Shown one piece after another: positions 39,585 through 51,202 of a DNA stretch of 64,000 nt; position 1 is the first letter of the stretch, and each line of letters opens with the position of its first letter. This DNA is from Selaginella moellendorffii (lineage: Eukaryota; Plantae; Lycopodiophyta), in the NCBI RefSeq assembly GCF_000143415.4, contig NW_003314284.1, forward strand, positions 533,805 through 597,804, given 5' to 3'. Under the pieces are notes generated by a model. The model was not told where the DNA came from. It saw nothing but the letters and a program-made list of their open reading frames with translations, and made no database searches. The position numbers and the translations under genes were made by a program.

Positions 39585-42037
39585 ATGCCGCTCTACAAGA
39601 GGTCAGCATTCCCGCTAGCTGAGGTCCCCGCGGACATCAGTCCCAATGAGGAGGTGTTCCAGGTGCGATTCACAAAGGAGATTTTCCGGGACTACCAGTA
39701 AGTTCTTCCTCCGGATTGGTTTTTTTCTTTCTTTCCTTGTTTCTTTGCTTTGCGCGATTGGTTTTTTGGTTTGTTTTTCTTTGCTCTTTGCTGGGATGGG
39801 GATGTAACTAGAATTTCTTTCTTTCTTGGCAGGGAGTATCTCAATAGGATGAAGTTATACCGGCAAAAGGTCTGGACGTGCAAGGTGACCGGAAAGACCA
39901 ATCTAGATTATGAGCAAGCGCTCTCTTCCGAGAGCAAAGCCAGCGAGCTTGTGCAGAATTTTCCCAAGGAGTTTATCGGGCCTGTCCTTCGAATGGTCCA
40001 ATTCAGTAAGTTTCGAGACTTTGAGAGCTTTTGATTTACGTTTGCCTGTTCTTTCTTTCCTTTTCAGGTCCCTCCTGTGTTAGCGATCTGGTGGACAGGA
40101 TCCACAAAAGGTTCAAGGACCATTTTGTAGAGGGAGAGGTTCTAGACGGTGTCTGCGATGGATCCGTGCGCACATGCAAAATTCTTCGAGTGCTGGAGGA
40201 GAACCAGGAATGCGAGCCCGACAATTGCAGCTGCTCTTACGAGGTGGCGTTTATAAAGAGTGACGGCAAGGTGAAATGCACTGACAACATAAACGTGCAA
40301 AGCCTCCGGCGGAAGAAGCATCCGCTCACCAAGTGCTTGCTCAAGTCTTTCATACGGGAGTCGGCGTTTATTGGAGTGAGCAAGAAATCCCGCTGGGCAG
40401 TGCATGACAACCTTGCGCGTCTCCACAATGTGGCCTTGCATCCTACGAGTGAAGAGGAGAGCGCTGAGGGCAGTGATGTGAGTAACTCTTTGTTTTCGTT
40501 TTCATTGTACTTACTAGAAGATCTTACGTGATGCAGCTTCGTGAGATGTGCAATGGTGGATCTAAAGTACGCAACGGAGTGAAAAGGAAGAGCTCGGACG
40601 ATGATAGCGTGGAAAGCAATGGAAACAATAAGCGGAAGAAAAGTACAGATGGTACGAGGAACTTTATTCTTCTCGCTGGCTTTTTGTTTGCGTCTCTAAC
40701 CGATCGACTTCCAGGGAGTAAACAAAAGTATCCTATCGAGGACAAGCTGTTGCCGCCACCTTCTGAACGCCCCGCCCCTTCTTCCGAGTTCTCAGTACCG
40801 GCTGAGTGCGTTGGCCATTTGCTGATGGTCTGGGACTTCTGCAGTGCTTTCGCCACGTCGTTGGAAATCACGCAGTTCACGTTGGACGACTTCGAGGAGG
40901 CCTTGTGCAGCAAAGAAGAAGAATGCCCGCTCCTTGAAGAAGTTCATCATGCTCTACTAAAGGCGATACTCTCGAACACGAATTTGTGCGAGAAGCTCCA
41001 GGTCAAAAGGAAGGATAAAAAGGGAAAGCGCAAGCTGCAGGTGAGTTTTCCTTCACTGTTTTCTATCACTCACCTCTGGTTGTTGGTCGCAGATTTTGCC
41101 GGAGACGTGGAAGGACGACCTCGCTGATGTTCTTGAGCTCATTGGCTCGGACAAGACAAAGCCGTACGCGTCTTCCATAAGGCTGGGCGATTATTCGGAG
41201 TTGGAGCCTCTGGCCAGGCTAGAGATATTGCACGACTTGACCGAGCCGAGCGCCAGCTCCATCGTTGTGAGAGGTCAGCTCGATGAGCACATCCCACGCA
41301 GGAAGGACAGCAAAAAGAAGCAAGCCTCGCCTGAGATCGAGGACGAAGACGACGACGAGCCTCCGGTAGGAGAGCATCTAGCGGGGACGAACGGCTCCTC
41401 CAAGCTACTTAAATCATTTAAAAGGTACGTGCTAGAGACTAGAGACGCTTGCTTGTGAGGGTCACTCTTCTCATTGTCTTGAGCTTTTCGTGTGACAGGA
41501 AAAAGAAACCCGTAGCCAAGAAGAAGCAAAAAGAGGTAATACTTCTTTGTTCCTTATTTTATAAAGTGAGGAGCTAATACTTCGTGTGTAACCAGGATGC
41601 GGATACTTCGAAATGCCCGCTGAGGAACATATACTTAGGCGTAGACCGTGACTTCAACCGTTATTGGTTTTTCCCCAGGGAGCCACGTATCTTCATAGAG
41701 AATGAAGACTCCACAAAATGGAGCTTCTATAGTGACAAAGAAGAGGTAGGCCTCTCGGCAGTTTCTCTGTCAGCGTGGTCTTCACCATACTTTTCCTTTT
41801 GTTTGCAGTTTGATGCGTTTTGCAGCTCCCTTAACTTGAAGGGAATTAGGGAGAAAGATTTGAAGGAGCAAATAGATCAACATTACGGCACAATCTGGTA
41901 AACAAAATCGCACTTGTGGATTTGTCTAACTAAACTCTTGTGCTTCACGCAGCATAACTTTTGAGGCATACCAGGCATCGTCCGACTCGGAGCATGGCTC
42001 GGAGCATGATTCGGAGCATGCGGAGCAGTCGGATTAA
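39585..42037 (+). CDS. WAC-DDT-WHIM/WSD ISWI-associated chromatin remodelling subunit (ACF1/DDW1-like)
   Basis: EEVFQVRFTKEIFRDYQEYLNRMKLYRQKVWTCKVTGK (WAC), LLMVWDFCSAF..L.ITQFTLDDFEEAL (DDT), YSEL..LARLEIL (WHIM1), LGVDRDFNRYWFF (WSD). Confidence 0.9.
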
Positions 42038-42196
42038 AACACTTCCATCTGTTTTTCCAAAGTGGATGAAATGAGAGAGAAGAGAGTACAGGAGTTCGGT
42101 GTAACATTTTGGTCGAGATAGCCAACAAAACTTCCAGGCCAGTTATTACAAAATTCTTTTTTCCTTCTCGAGAGGTTGCGTTATATACAGTTGTTG

Positions 42197-45100
42197 CTAT
42201 TGTTCCTTCTTTTTCCTCGAGTCTTCCACTATCTTCACCTGGATTCTTCGCAAAAACTCCAGAGTTTTGGTGTAGGCGGGATCTGAAGGGCTCAAAGGCT
42301 TGCAGGAATTGACGTGATCGGTTCCATCCAACACCTGTGGAGTGTGTCAAAACGAAGAGGAAAAGAGAGGTATTTTTACTCACCACCAATTCTCCAAAAC
42401 CAGGATAAGCAGACTCGATTGGTACCACTTCCATGCGCAAGGCCCATCCTCCATAGCCTTCTACCAGCGGCGTCACCTTTGTCTATAAAGGAAATGTAAG
42501 ACTCTTGTTTGCAAGCTTCATCTGGAGCTTACTTCGCTGAAACTTAGAACTTGGAGCGTCCCTCTGTAGTGTAGATTGCGGATGCAGCGATTGAGCTCCT
42601 CCAGTCTGGGAGACCCGCTTCTCAGCTCCGCAACCTGTCAACAAGAAATCACAAGAGATGGAAACGCTAGAGCCTGGAAGCCATTTACCGAAGGCGCCGG
42701 ACGTAGAACGTAGCCCATTCGCCATGGCATGTCTGCCAATCTGCTTCCAAAGTGTGGACAACTATAAAACACCTGCCAAAACAAAAACAAAAACAAAAAA
42801 CCAAAGATCGTGAGTGTGTCAGCATCTGCTTTGCATGGGAATTAAGAAATTTACGAACAACGCCAGCAGCCTTATCGACGAGATGAGCTCGTGACTTGTC
42901 CTTCGCAGCTTGTGCGAGCATTTGCTTTACAACCAAACCTCCCATACTGCAAAGCAAAGTTAAAAAGAGTTTTTATGCTGGAAAAAGAAGAGTCTCACCT
43001 GTGGGAGATAAAGACCACGGGGCGCTCTCCTACACCGGCTGCTAGCAGCTTGTCGAGAAGCGCCGAGCTAATTTCCTGAGTAACAAGAGTTAAGTATAAT
43101 CTCCCTCTTTGTTTTCTCACCTCGAGCGGAAGCGTTGCTCCCGACCACTCGGAAAAGTTCGTCTGCATCATACAAGTACCACTCAGAGCCCGCATAGAAA
43201 ATGATACAACAGTACCTACACAGACAAGCACTTCAGTAATCCAGGAACCAAAGATTGATACTACTACCAACCTTGTACTTGAGACTGAGCAACCGGGTTC
43301 TAGGTAGATCATGTGACAGCCATTCTGACGGCCAACAAGTCCCTTCCCTCCCCGCTTGCTCGTCAATTTTCTCCACAAGGCCACCCTTTCCTGTCGTCGA
43401 GGTTTTGTCCACAGCTACACGCCACGTTTTGATCGGTCCACCAGCAAGTCCGTGAATGAAAACCACGTCCAAAAGAGGAGACGACAGATCGCCGGAAGCA
43501 GGAGAGCTCGGACGCTCGGCAGCAACTTCTTGCGCGGAACCGTCTGGACTCAGAGCTTCCGCTGCCGATTTGGCGACTCCTTCGCTTTTCCAAAACTTGG
43601 AGTCGAAGTTTAGCAAGAATACCATGTCCTCGTATCGTGGCCATACTCCATCAACCAGGTCCCTCCCAAATCCCTTCAGCGTCTTCTGGATTCTCGAGTG
43701 TGCGACGTTGAGTAGCGTCATCTGTGCATAGCTTCGAGACTTGAGGTCATTGCAGCCCGGGACGACGCCATCAGCACAGTCTCCTAGCCATGAACACCAC
43801 TCGTTGTCATCAGCAACAGCCTGTGTGACTTCCGGATGCTGAGTTAGGACGGTAAGCAGCCGTGCAGCATGCTTTCTCATGTGTGAAGCCAGCTCCGACA
43901 CCTCTGCAGCCTCCTTGTCTTTCAAAGCCTGTAGTCTCCAATCCTTCTCCGAGGAGGCATCCAGAAAACACCACTGCTCGTAGTCATCTGCTAGCATCAA
44001 CCTTCTGAGTAGAATGAGTCCTCCAGCTTCGATGATTCTCTTTTGATACGATGCGTCTTCGGCCGAAATATCTGCTAGAGCTTTGAGAGCCTTGATGACC
44101 GCGTGAGCCGCTTCGACGACAGTAAACTTGGGTGGCAGCTCCTTAGCACCATTTTTCGGAAGTGGCACGTTGGGAACAATATCTGCTCCAAGTAAGTCCG
44201 CGAGAGGCAACTCACCTGCAAACTCGGATATTGCAACGTCTGCTCTCGCCTCGACCGAAACCATCTTTCCTAGCTGAGTCGCAGCTTGAACCGCCGTCTG
44301 CATCAATTGAGACTGCAAAAACAGTTGAATTAGTTTCATCAACACGTTGGTTTACGCATTACCTGTAGTAGACCTTTAGCTTTGGCTTCCTTCCGAATGG
44401 CAGCAGGAGACTTCCCGTGTTTGATAAGTCCCAGTAGCAAAGAAGCCAACAGCGCTTGGCAAGCCGGAATACCGTCCGTTCCCAGCGAGTCAATCACCTT
44501 CCCAAAGATAGAGGTGGCGGACCTCTGAAGTTCTGTGTCTGGCTGAGAGCTGGACAACCAACGGAGGAGGATTCCCGACCACCTCTTACTTTCATCGGGC
44601 CCCAAGCAGAGTCCATTTTGCATGGCTGTGTCAAGCGTCCTGGCGATCGATTTTTGGATAGCAGCCTCTTCCTTAGTCTGCCTAGCAAGCTCCCGGATGG
44701 CAGGAAAACCCTTTTCAAAGGTGCTCATTTGCGACGGCCTTCCTTCCTTGAAGCAGGCAGTAAATGCCGAAAAAGCCGACTCCGCGAGTGTTGAGTCGCG
44801 GTGGCCGCAAGCCTGCACTGCCATATCCAATAATGCGGAGCTCCATGTCGAGACTACCTCGTCCGAAGTAACCTTCTTGTTGTCGAGAAGCAAATGCATT
44901 GTCCGCGCACCGTGCCACTTAACAGTTCTTTCCGGAGCCAAAACCGCGGCCAGCAACGCCTGACCATCCTTGTCGAGCCTCGAAATATGATTCCGATTCG
45001 CAGCCGAAGACTCTGCCCACGTTGCTAAAGCCCATGCGGCCAGAGGAACTGCTACAAGCCTTCCTTGCAAGTCGTCCCAGAGACCATAGCCAACTAGGTC

Positions 45101-46458
45101 CTTGTCTGGATCTTTGTCCACCAACGAAAGCGCTAGCGAGTTCTTATCGCTAAAAAAGGACAGACTATCTTTCATCTTCGTCCACCACCTCTGATGGAAG
45201 TCGTGTTCCAGCCTCTGCACTGCAACTATCCCCGTAGTGCCACTGAGCTTCATTCCAATGCCGTGAATGCTGCCTCTGTCGTCGTCTCTGGAGTCATCAT
45301 CTAGCTTCAGTCCGCCTTCTTCTACAGCAGCCAAAGCTGCCGCTATGTCCGCAGGATCAGCACTCCCTGGAAGCGAAGGTCTAAACTCATGGTTCTCGAC
45401 TGGCTCGCAGCTTTCCGTGACGATTTCCATGATGGCTGCAACTAGCTGGCTCTTTCCTCTAGAGCTTCCAATATCCGCGAGCTTTCTCCGATGTTTGGAC
45501 GTCTGCGAAATATAACTGCTTTGAGTCCTCCATCACAGGTATAAACTCCATCGTGACATACCTTGGGTCGAAAGTTAGCTGGAAGAGAGGCAGCAAAGCG
45601 CAAGAGATTTGGTAGCGCGTGTGGACGAGCCAGGACACTCTCACAGGTCGCTTCGTCCTCGAGGAGATACGACAGGGCCCTTGCAGCCTCCCCTTGAGTC
45701 ACAGTGGAGCCGGGACCTTGGCTCTTGGCGGCGGTCTCGAGCAGCCAATCCACCACAACTCCATCGCTGGCACAAACCACTGCTTTTCTCCTGTCGCCCC
45801 CAGCAGCGGAGACGTCCGCTATGAACGCCGCCACCTTCGCTCTCCACCATCCTTTGGTCACTCCCTCTCCATACGATTCCAACACCGACTTTAATCCCTG
45901 GAGAAGAACAAGAGCAGTAGCTCCAGCGTCGATCACTTCTCCCATGGTGCTGCTGATCCGACTGGACAGAGTCTCCAGCGTCGAGATGACGAGCCTGCCA
46001 ATATCCCGGGCAGCTTTCTCGAGCGAGGCCAGAGAGATGGGGGGCTCTTTCTCTTCTCTCACCACCATCCCCGCCCCGAAGAACAGCGCTGCGAAGCCTA
46101 CCCCGACTGAAAGATACCGCAGTCCACCACCAAAGCCTCTCTTCTCCTTTGCGTGAAGCTCCTCAAAACCCTCTTCGATCGCATTCCCTGGCGATGGCTT
46201 GGATAGACTAAAGCTGCTGCTGCTCTCGTCCTTACCCTTGCTCGATCCATTGGAATCCGCCTTCTCGGCGAGGCGCTGGACTGCCACTAGCCGTAGCGAC
46301 GAGCGGCCGCCAATGCCTGATGCCTCGGGGACCGGCAGGCCGCGAATTCCAAGGCGCGCGATCGGGCAAGCGCCCGGCGCAGCGGCGAAGAAGAATCGGC
46401 GACTAGAACGTACCAATTTCCGATTCAAAATCCTGCGCCATGCGGCATTGATCAGCAT
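42197..46458 (-). CDS. SERAC1-like ARM-repeat + alpha/beta-hydrolase protein
   Basis: Organellar-type N-terminus and TM segment, ARM-like repeats, DVVFIHGLAGGP..TW, CWP.EWL..DLP, FISHSMGG nucleophile, FYSCPHFGS, TDHVNSCKP. Confidence 0.9.
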
Positions 46459-46637
46459 CCCCCCGCCCTGGAAGAAGGAGGAGGAGGAGGAGGAGGAGGA
46501 GGCCTCTTCTTCTCCCCCAAAAGCCCTAGTCCCTGGCCCTAGCGCTGTCGCGGCAAATGGACGAATATGCGACGTGGGAGATCCACTCTGTTTTCTAGGG
46601 TTCTTCTTTATGCCCTTTCCTTAGGGTTTAAGGGCCC

Positions 46638-47030
46638 ATGGCTATGGCAATGCGAGGGGGAGGCGCTGGCGGAGGCGGGAGCGCCAATCTCGGTGCGGCC
46701 GTCCAGGCCGATTGGGAGAATCGCCAGTTCACGGGCGCGCTCGCGCTCAATGTCCGCAAGCTCTTCGAATTCGTCCTCCAATTCGGTTAGTGGAGCTACA
46801 TTCTTATCTCCTGCAAGAATTACTAGAGATCCTAGAGAAATCTTGAGCCTACATTCTTAGATCTTGCTCCAGTGAGCCAAGAATTTCTTCATCGACTCTA
46901 ACATCTTCGTTTAGAGTCTACCACGCGAAACAAGATCGCGATTCTCAATGACAAGCTCACCGCCCTGGAGAGAAAGCTCGAGTTCTTGGAAGCTCAACAC
47001 AGCAGCGTCACAGCTCCTGGATCATCGTGA
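46638..47030 (+). CDS. BRK1: BRICK1/HSPC300, SCAR/WAVE complex subunit (2 exons; not represented in the ORF track)
   Basis: AVQADWENRQFTGALALNVRKLFEFVLQF|ESTTRNKIAILNDKLTALERKLEFLEAQ with an intron at ~46786-46914. Confidence 0.93.
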
Positions 47031-47690
47031 ATTGAATTGCAAGCTCCAGAGCTTCGATCGATCAAAAGATCCAAGCTTTCAGGCAAAGATTTAACAATGT
47101 AAAGCAACTAGATCTTCTTTGTACTCTTTTTTTCTCTCGATATGATCACATACACTCCATCCAGCCTTCTCTGCTTGTTTCCATGATGTGATAGAAGAAG
47201 AAAAAGAAGGTTCTAGGCTCGATTCCTCGTAACTCGGCATTCTTATTTGCCCGGTACTTTCTTTTCTTTTTCCCGTGGGGTAAAAAAAGATCGCCGCTAG
47301 TTCATTCAAAGGGTTCTTCTTAGGGCTTTGCGCTCGCCACTCGTGCGGCTTTCCGTGGATCCGTCCGTGGCGAGAGATCCAGCGAGTATTTTGGAGAGGC
47401 AGCAGCTCGATCGATCGATTCCCTGCGCGGCGGGGATTTCTCTCGCGGCGGCATTGCAATTGAGTCTGATCGTCGACCAAATCGCAGCGCATGGAGGTAT
47501 TCTTTCTTCGGCTAGAGTAGCAAGTCATCCAGCATTGCGGATCATCGCGAGAAAGAGGAGGAAGAGCTCCGAGAGAGAAGAAAATATTTGTCTTCCTTCT
47601 TGGAGAAGAGAGGGGGGAAGAAGGGGAGCTATATAGATGCGTAAAGAGGAAGAAGAACAAAAAGAGAGAAGCAGTAGAGGCGCAAAGTCA

Positions 47691-48773
47691 ATGGGATCCC
47701 ATCAACGCTACAAAAAGAGAGTGGCCTGGGAGAAGAGAAGCTCGTTTTCTCTAGCGTGTTTAATGCTGCTGGGAATTCTGGGAGGAGTGGATTCACAGCA
47801 GCAGCCAACGATCATCCAGGAACTGGATCTCGGCATTCAATCCTCCGCTTTCCAGAGGCTGGCTCCACTGCCCAAGACAGGGGTCATCTACAACGTAACT
47901 CTCGACGCTTCTGGATCGAGGAACTCCACTGCTGGAGTGGTGGCCAGCATCCAGGCAGTGCGTCTCAGATCAGGGAGCTTGCGGCGCCACGGCCTCGTCT
48001 TCAACGAGTTCACCATCCCAGTCCAGTGCCTGGTGGAGACGACGAGCAAGTACGTGGTGCTCGTCTACCGCGACTTTAGCTCGTATCCGGCGGCCATGCC
48101 CGATGGATTCCAGCTCGTCGGCCCAGTCGTGGGGATCAAGGCCTACGAAGGCAACGATCTCTCCCACCCGGCACCTCAAGAGCTCAACATTTTCTCGGGA
48201 CCGGCGGCTATCACAGTTCGAGTTCCAGTTCTTGCCAGGAGCAGCGGCAAGCTCTCCCCGCTCTGCGCATCTTTCGACAAGGAGGGGACGTTCCGGGTGG
48301 CCAACGTGAGCTCTCCGCCAAACTCCTGCGTTCTATCGCAGCTGGTGGACTCGTCCCTGGCCGTGGCAGCGTCGTCCTTGCCGCCAGCTCCAGCTCCAGC
48401 TCCAGCTCCAGCTCCAGCTCCATCTCCGGAACAAGCCCAAGCTCTTGCTCCGGATCGAGGCCCAGCGTCGGCTCCGGTGGCTTCGATCGTCCCGCTGTCG
48501 CCACCAACGGGGAGGAACGCGAGGAGAAAGATGTCAAAGGCGTGGAAGCTCGGGGTGGGGATTGGTGTCGGGGGTCTCGGCCTGGTGATGGTGGCGGCCG
48601 TGCTGGTTTTCGCCGGGGTGAGGACGAGGAGGAGAGCTCGCATTGCAAAGATGGAGCTTTGCGCGGACAACAGCGAAAGCCTCCAAACAGCACTTATTGG
48701 TGGGAGCCGAGCTCCTGCTGCCGGAGGCACTCGCACCAGACCAGTCCTGGAGAACGACTACGTCTCTCCGTAA
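47691..48773 (+). CDS. DUF1191 family type-I membrane protein
   Basis: Signal peptide, VRLRSGSLRRHG..NEFTIP, VLVYR, (PA)n linker, TM helix, C-terminal GGSRAPAAGGTRTRPVLENDY. Confidence 0.85.
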   Translation: MGSHQRYKKRVAWEKRSSFSLACLMLLGILGGVDSQQQPTIIQELDLGIQSSAFQRLAPLPKTGVIYNVTLDASGSRNSTAGVVASIQAVRLRSGSLRRHGLVFNEFTIPVQCLVETTSKYVVLVYRDFSSYPAAMPDGFQLVGPVVGIKAYEGNDLSHPAPQELNIFSGPAAITVRVPVLARSSGKLSPLCASFDKEGTFRVANVSSPPNSCVLSQLVDSSLAVAASSLPPAPAPAPAPAPAPSPEQAQALAPDRGPASAPVASIVPLSPPTGRNARRKMSKAWKLGVGIGVGGLGLVMVAAVLVFAGVRTRRRARIAKMELCADNSESLQTALIGGSRAPAAGGTRTRPVLENDYVSP

Positions 48774-49592
48774 CTCCCAGACTTTCTTTCTCCTACGACA
48801 CGTTCGCTCGCTCGGCGCTCCCGGTTTGCCTTTTAACTTTTCTAGCCGAGGAATAACTTCGCTGCAGGCTCTCGTTTTTTTTTTTCTCGATTCATTCATC
48901 GCGACTGCTGCTGCTGCGAATGCTGCTGCTGCTTATCTTGTGGATTTTTCTTTTTCTTAGTTTGGTGGTACTACTGGCCATTCATAAAGTCCATCTCTGT
49001 GCTGCGACACACACACACACACACAGAGTTTCATAAAAAGGTATGGCTGCTTTGCTTCTGGCTTTGCTCAGTCTTTCCTTAAAAGTGGACATTCTATTCT
49101 TTCTTTTGCAGGATTGACGCCTTTGGTCAGATTCTCGACTTTCATTTTACTAAGGCTGCGCAACGAAGCTAGCAAGCGACACAAGCGAAAAGACTGTGTG
49201 TACTTACACCTCTCCACCAAGTACCTTCTATACTCTCAAGTGACCGAAGAAGCATCGCCATCGTTCTCGTGGCAATGCCAACTAAAAGCTCAGAAGCAGA
49301 AGAGAAGAAACGAAAGACGCGGCGCGTAAAAGAAAAAAAACTTCTGCCACTTACCACCAACTTGGTTTTCAAGCTTTTTCTCGCTTGCTCGGATTTTAAT
49401 CCATCCAGCCATGCCTTTGGAGCTTTCGTCTGGACAGAATGCACAGCTCATCTCAAACTGTTAAAAGTCATAATAGTACACAAGCCCGTTCCGCTACACT
49501 ACACATCGGATACCTGTTTTCCCGACGACAAGAAGAACAAAAGAATAGCAGCTCTTGATGATGATGATCCGGCTATGGTTGGTCTCGTTTTG

Positions 49593-51011
49593 TTACAGGA
49601 AATAATCTGGCGCTGGCTTCTTCGATGGCACTCCTCTGGCTTCCTGCCAATTCAAAAACTTTGATCCTCGTTAGCATGATACGCTCTCTCTGATAAGCAA
49701 AAGTTTATAAAGAGTAGCTTCACCTGAGGAGCGGCCTCGAATACTTGAAACTTCGAGTTCAAGTTCTCGTCCAGCTCCATGATCGCTGCCACATTCCCGC
49801 ATCTGGAATGGAAAAAAAAAAGAAAAAAAGAAGAAAGAAAGAGGAGAATAAGAACTTCGAAGACGAAGAAAATTATTCTCTACCTATAGCAGTAATTTGG
49901 AGCCGACCACACTGTCACGACCTGCTTGTTAAACATCCACTTGAAGCCTTCCATGACCAGCTGGTGTGCCCGACAGATAATCTCCGTCTTGTTGGCGTGA
50001 TTAAACGCCGACGCAACGTTCCCTCCGAATAAAAAACCAGCGCCTCTCGGACTGATTCCCCACCCAATTATGTCTTCGGGATCGGACCAGAGGAGGTCGC
50101 ACATTGCACCGTCGTGAGGGACTTCCTGCTTTCGGTCGATTGTCCTGATCTAAACACGAGAGTAAATTCAATCTCAAGTGCTCTTTTTTCGAATTTATTT
50201 TTCAGCTGGCTACCTGGTCAATCGTGTTGATTGCGGGAGAGAGGCCACCGTGCACACCAAAAATGCGGTTCTCGATCAGCGCAGATAGACTGCAAAACCA
50301 AGTACAAGCAACGATCAGCGCTTATGTTTATCTTTTCGTTTCCTTTTTGACTTTCTTGTCACCTTAAGTAGTCAAATATGTCTGTGCAATACCGCCATAC
50401 ATTTACGGATCCATACTTTCGAAGGCATTCGTCATAGAAACCATAAACCTGAATACGAAAAATATAAGTATAAAACACAAGAGAAAGATAAAAATCACTG
50501 CAGCAAGATCTAAGACATACTCGGAATTTGTACCTGCGTGATCTGCCGGCTTTCATGGTTTCCCCTTATAAGAGTGATCCTGTCGGGATAACGAACCTAC
50601 ACGAAAACTCAGTAAAACAACGCCACAAAAGTCTCACATACCTTTAAAGCTAACAACAAGAGAAACGTTTCCACCGAGTAAAATCCTCGATCAACAAAAT
50701 CGCCTAGGAACAAATAATTCGTCTGTGGGCAGTCGCCTCCTACTCTAAACAGCTCCTTCATGTCGTAGAACTGGCCGTGAATATCTCCACAAATCTACAC
50801 AAGACAACGCAAAGACACACTCTATAAGCACTAAAAAAATTTGAGCTAAGTGTTCTACTATTTCACTCACCGTCACTGGAGCGTCTACTCTCTGGACATT
50901 GCTCTCCTCCACCAGGATTTCCATGGCCTTGAGGCACAGCGCCTTCACCTCCGACTCCTTGAGCGGCTCGCATCGCTTCAGCTGCTCAATCTGGCGGTCC
51001 AGATCGGACAT
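49593..51011 (-). CDS. PPX: Ser/Thr protein phosphatase 4 catalytic subunit
   Basis: [42 protein letters not shown] and C-terminal DYFL*. Confidence 0.96.
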
Positions 51012-51202
51012 GGCCGATGCGCGGCGATCCGCATGCACTGGCGGAGGCGCGCGATCGATCACACCCACTCACGCGCTCCAAATCCCGCCAGCGCCCGCCG
51101 CCATTCCTCCTCCTAGCGGGGGAAGCCTCGTTCTCACCTCAAGCCCTAAGCATATTCTCTTTAGAGTTTTGTAAAAATTTGGAGATTTTTACATGGGCTG
51201 CC

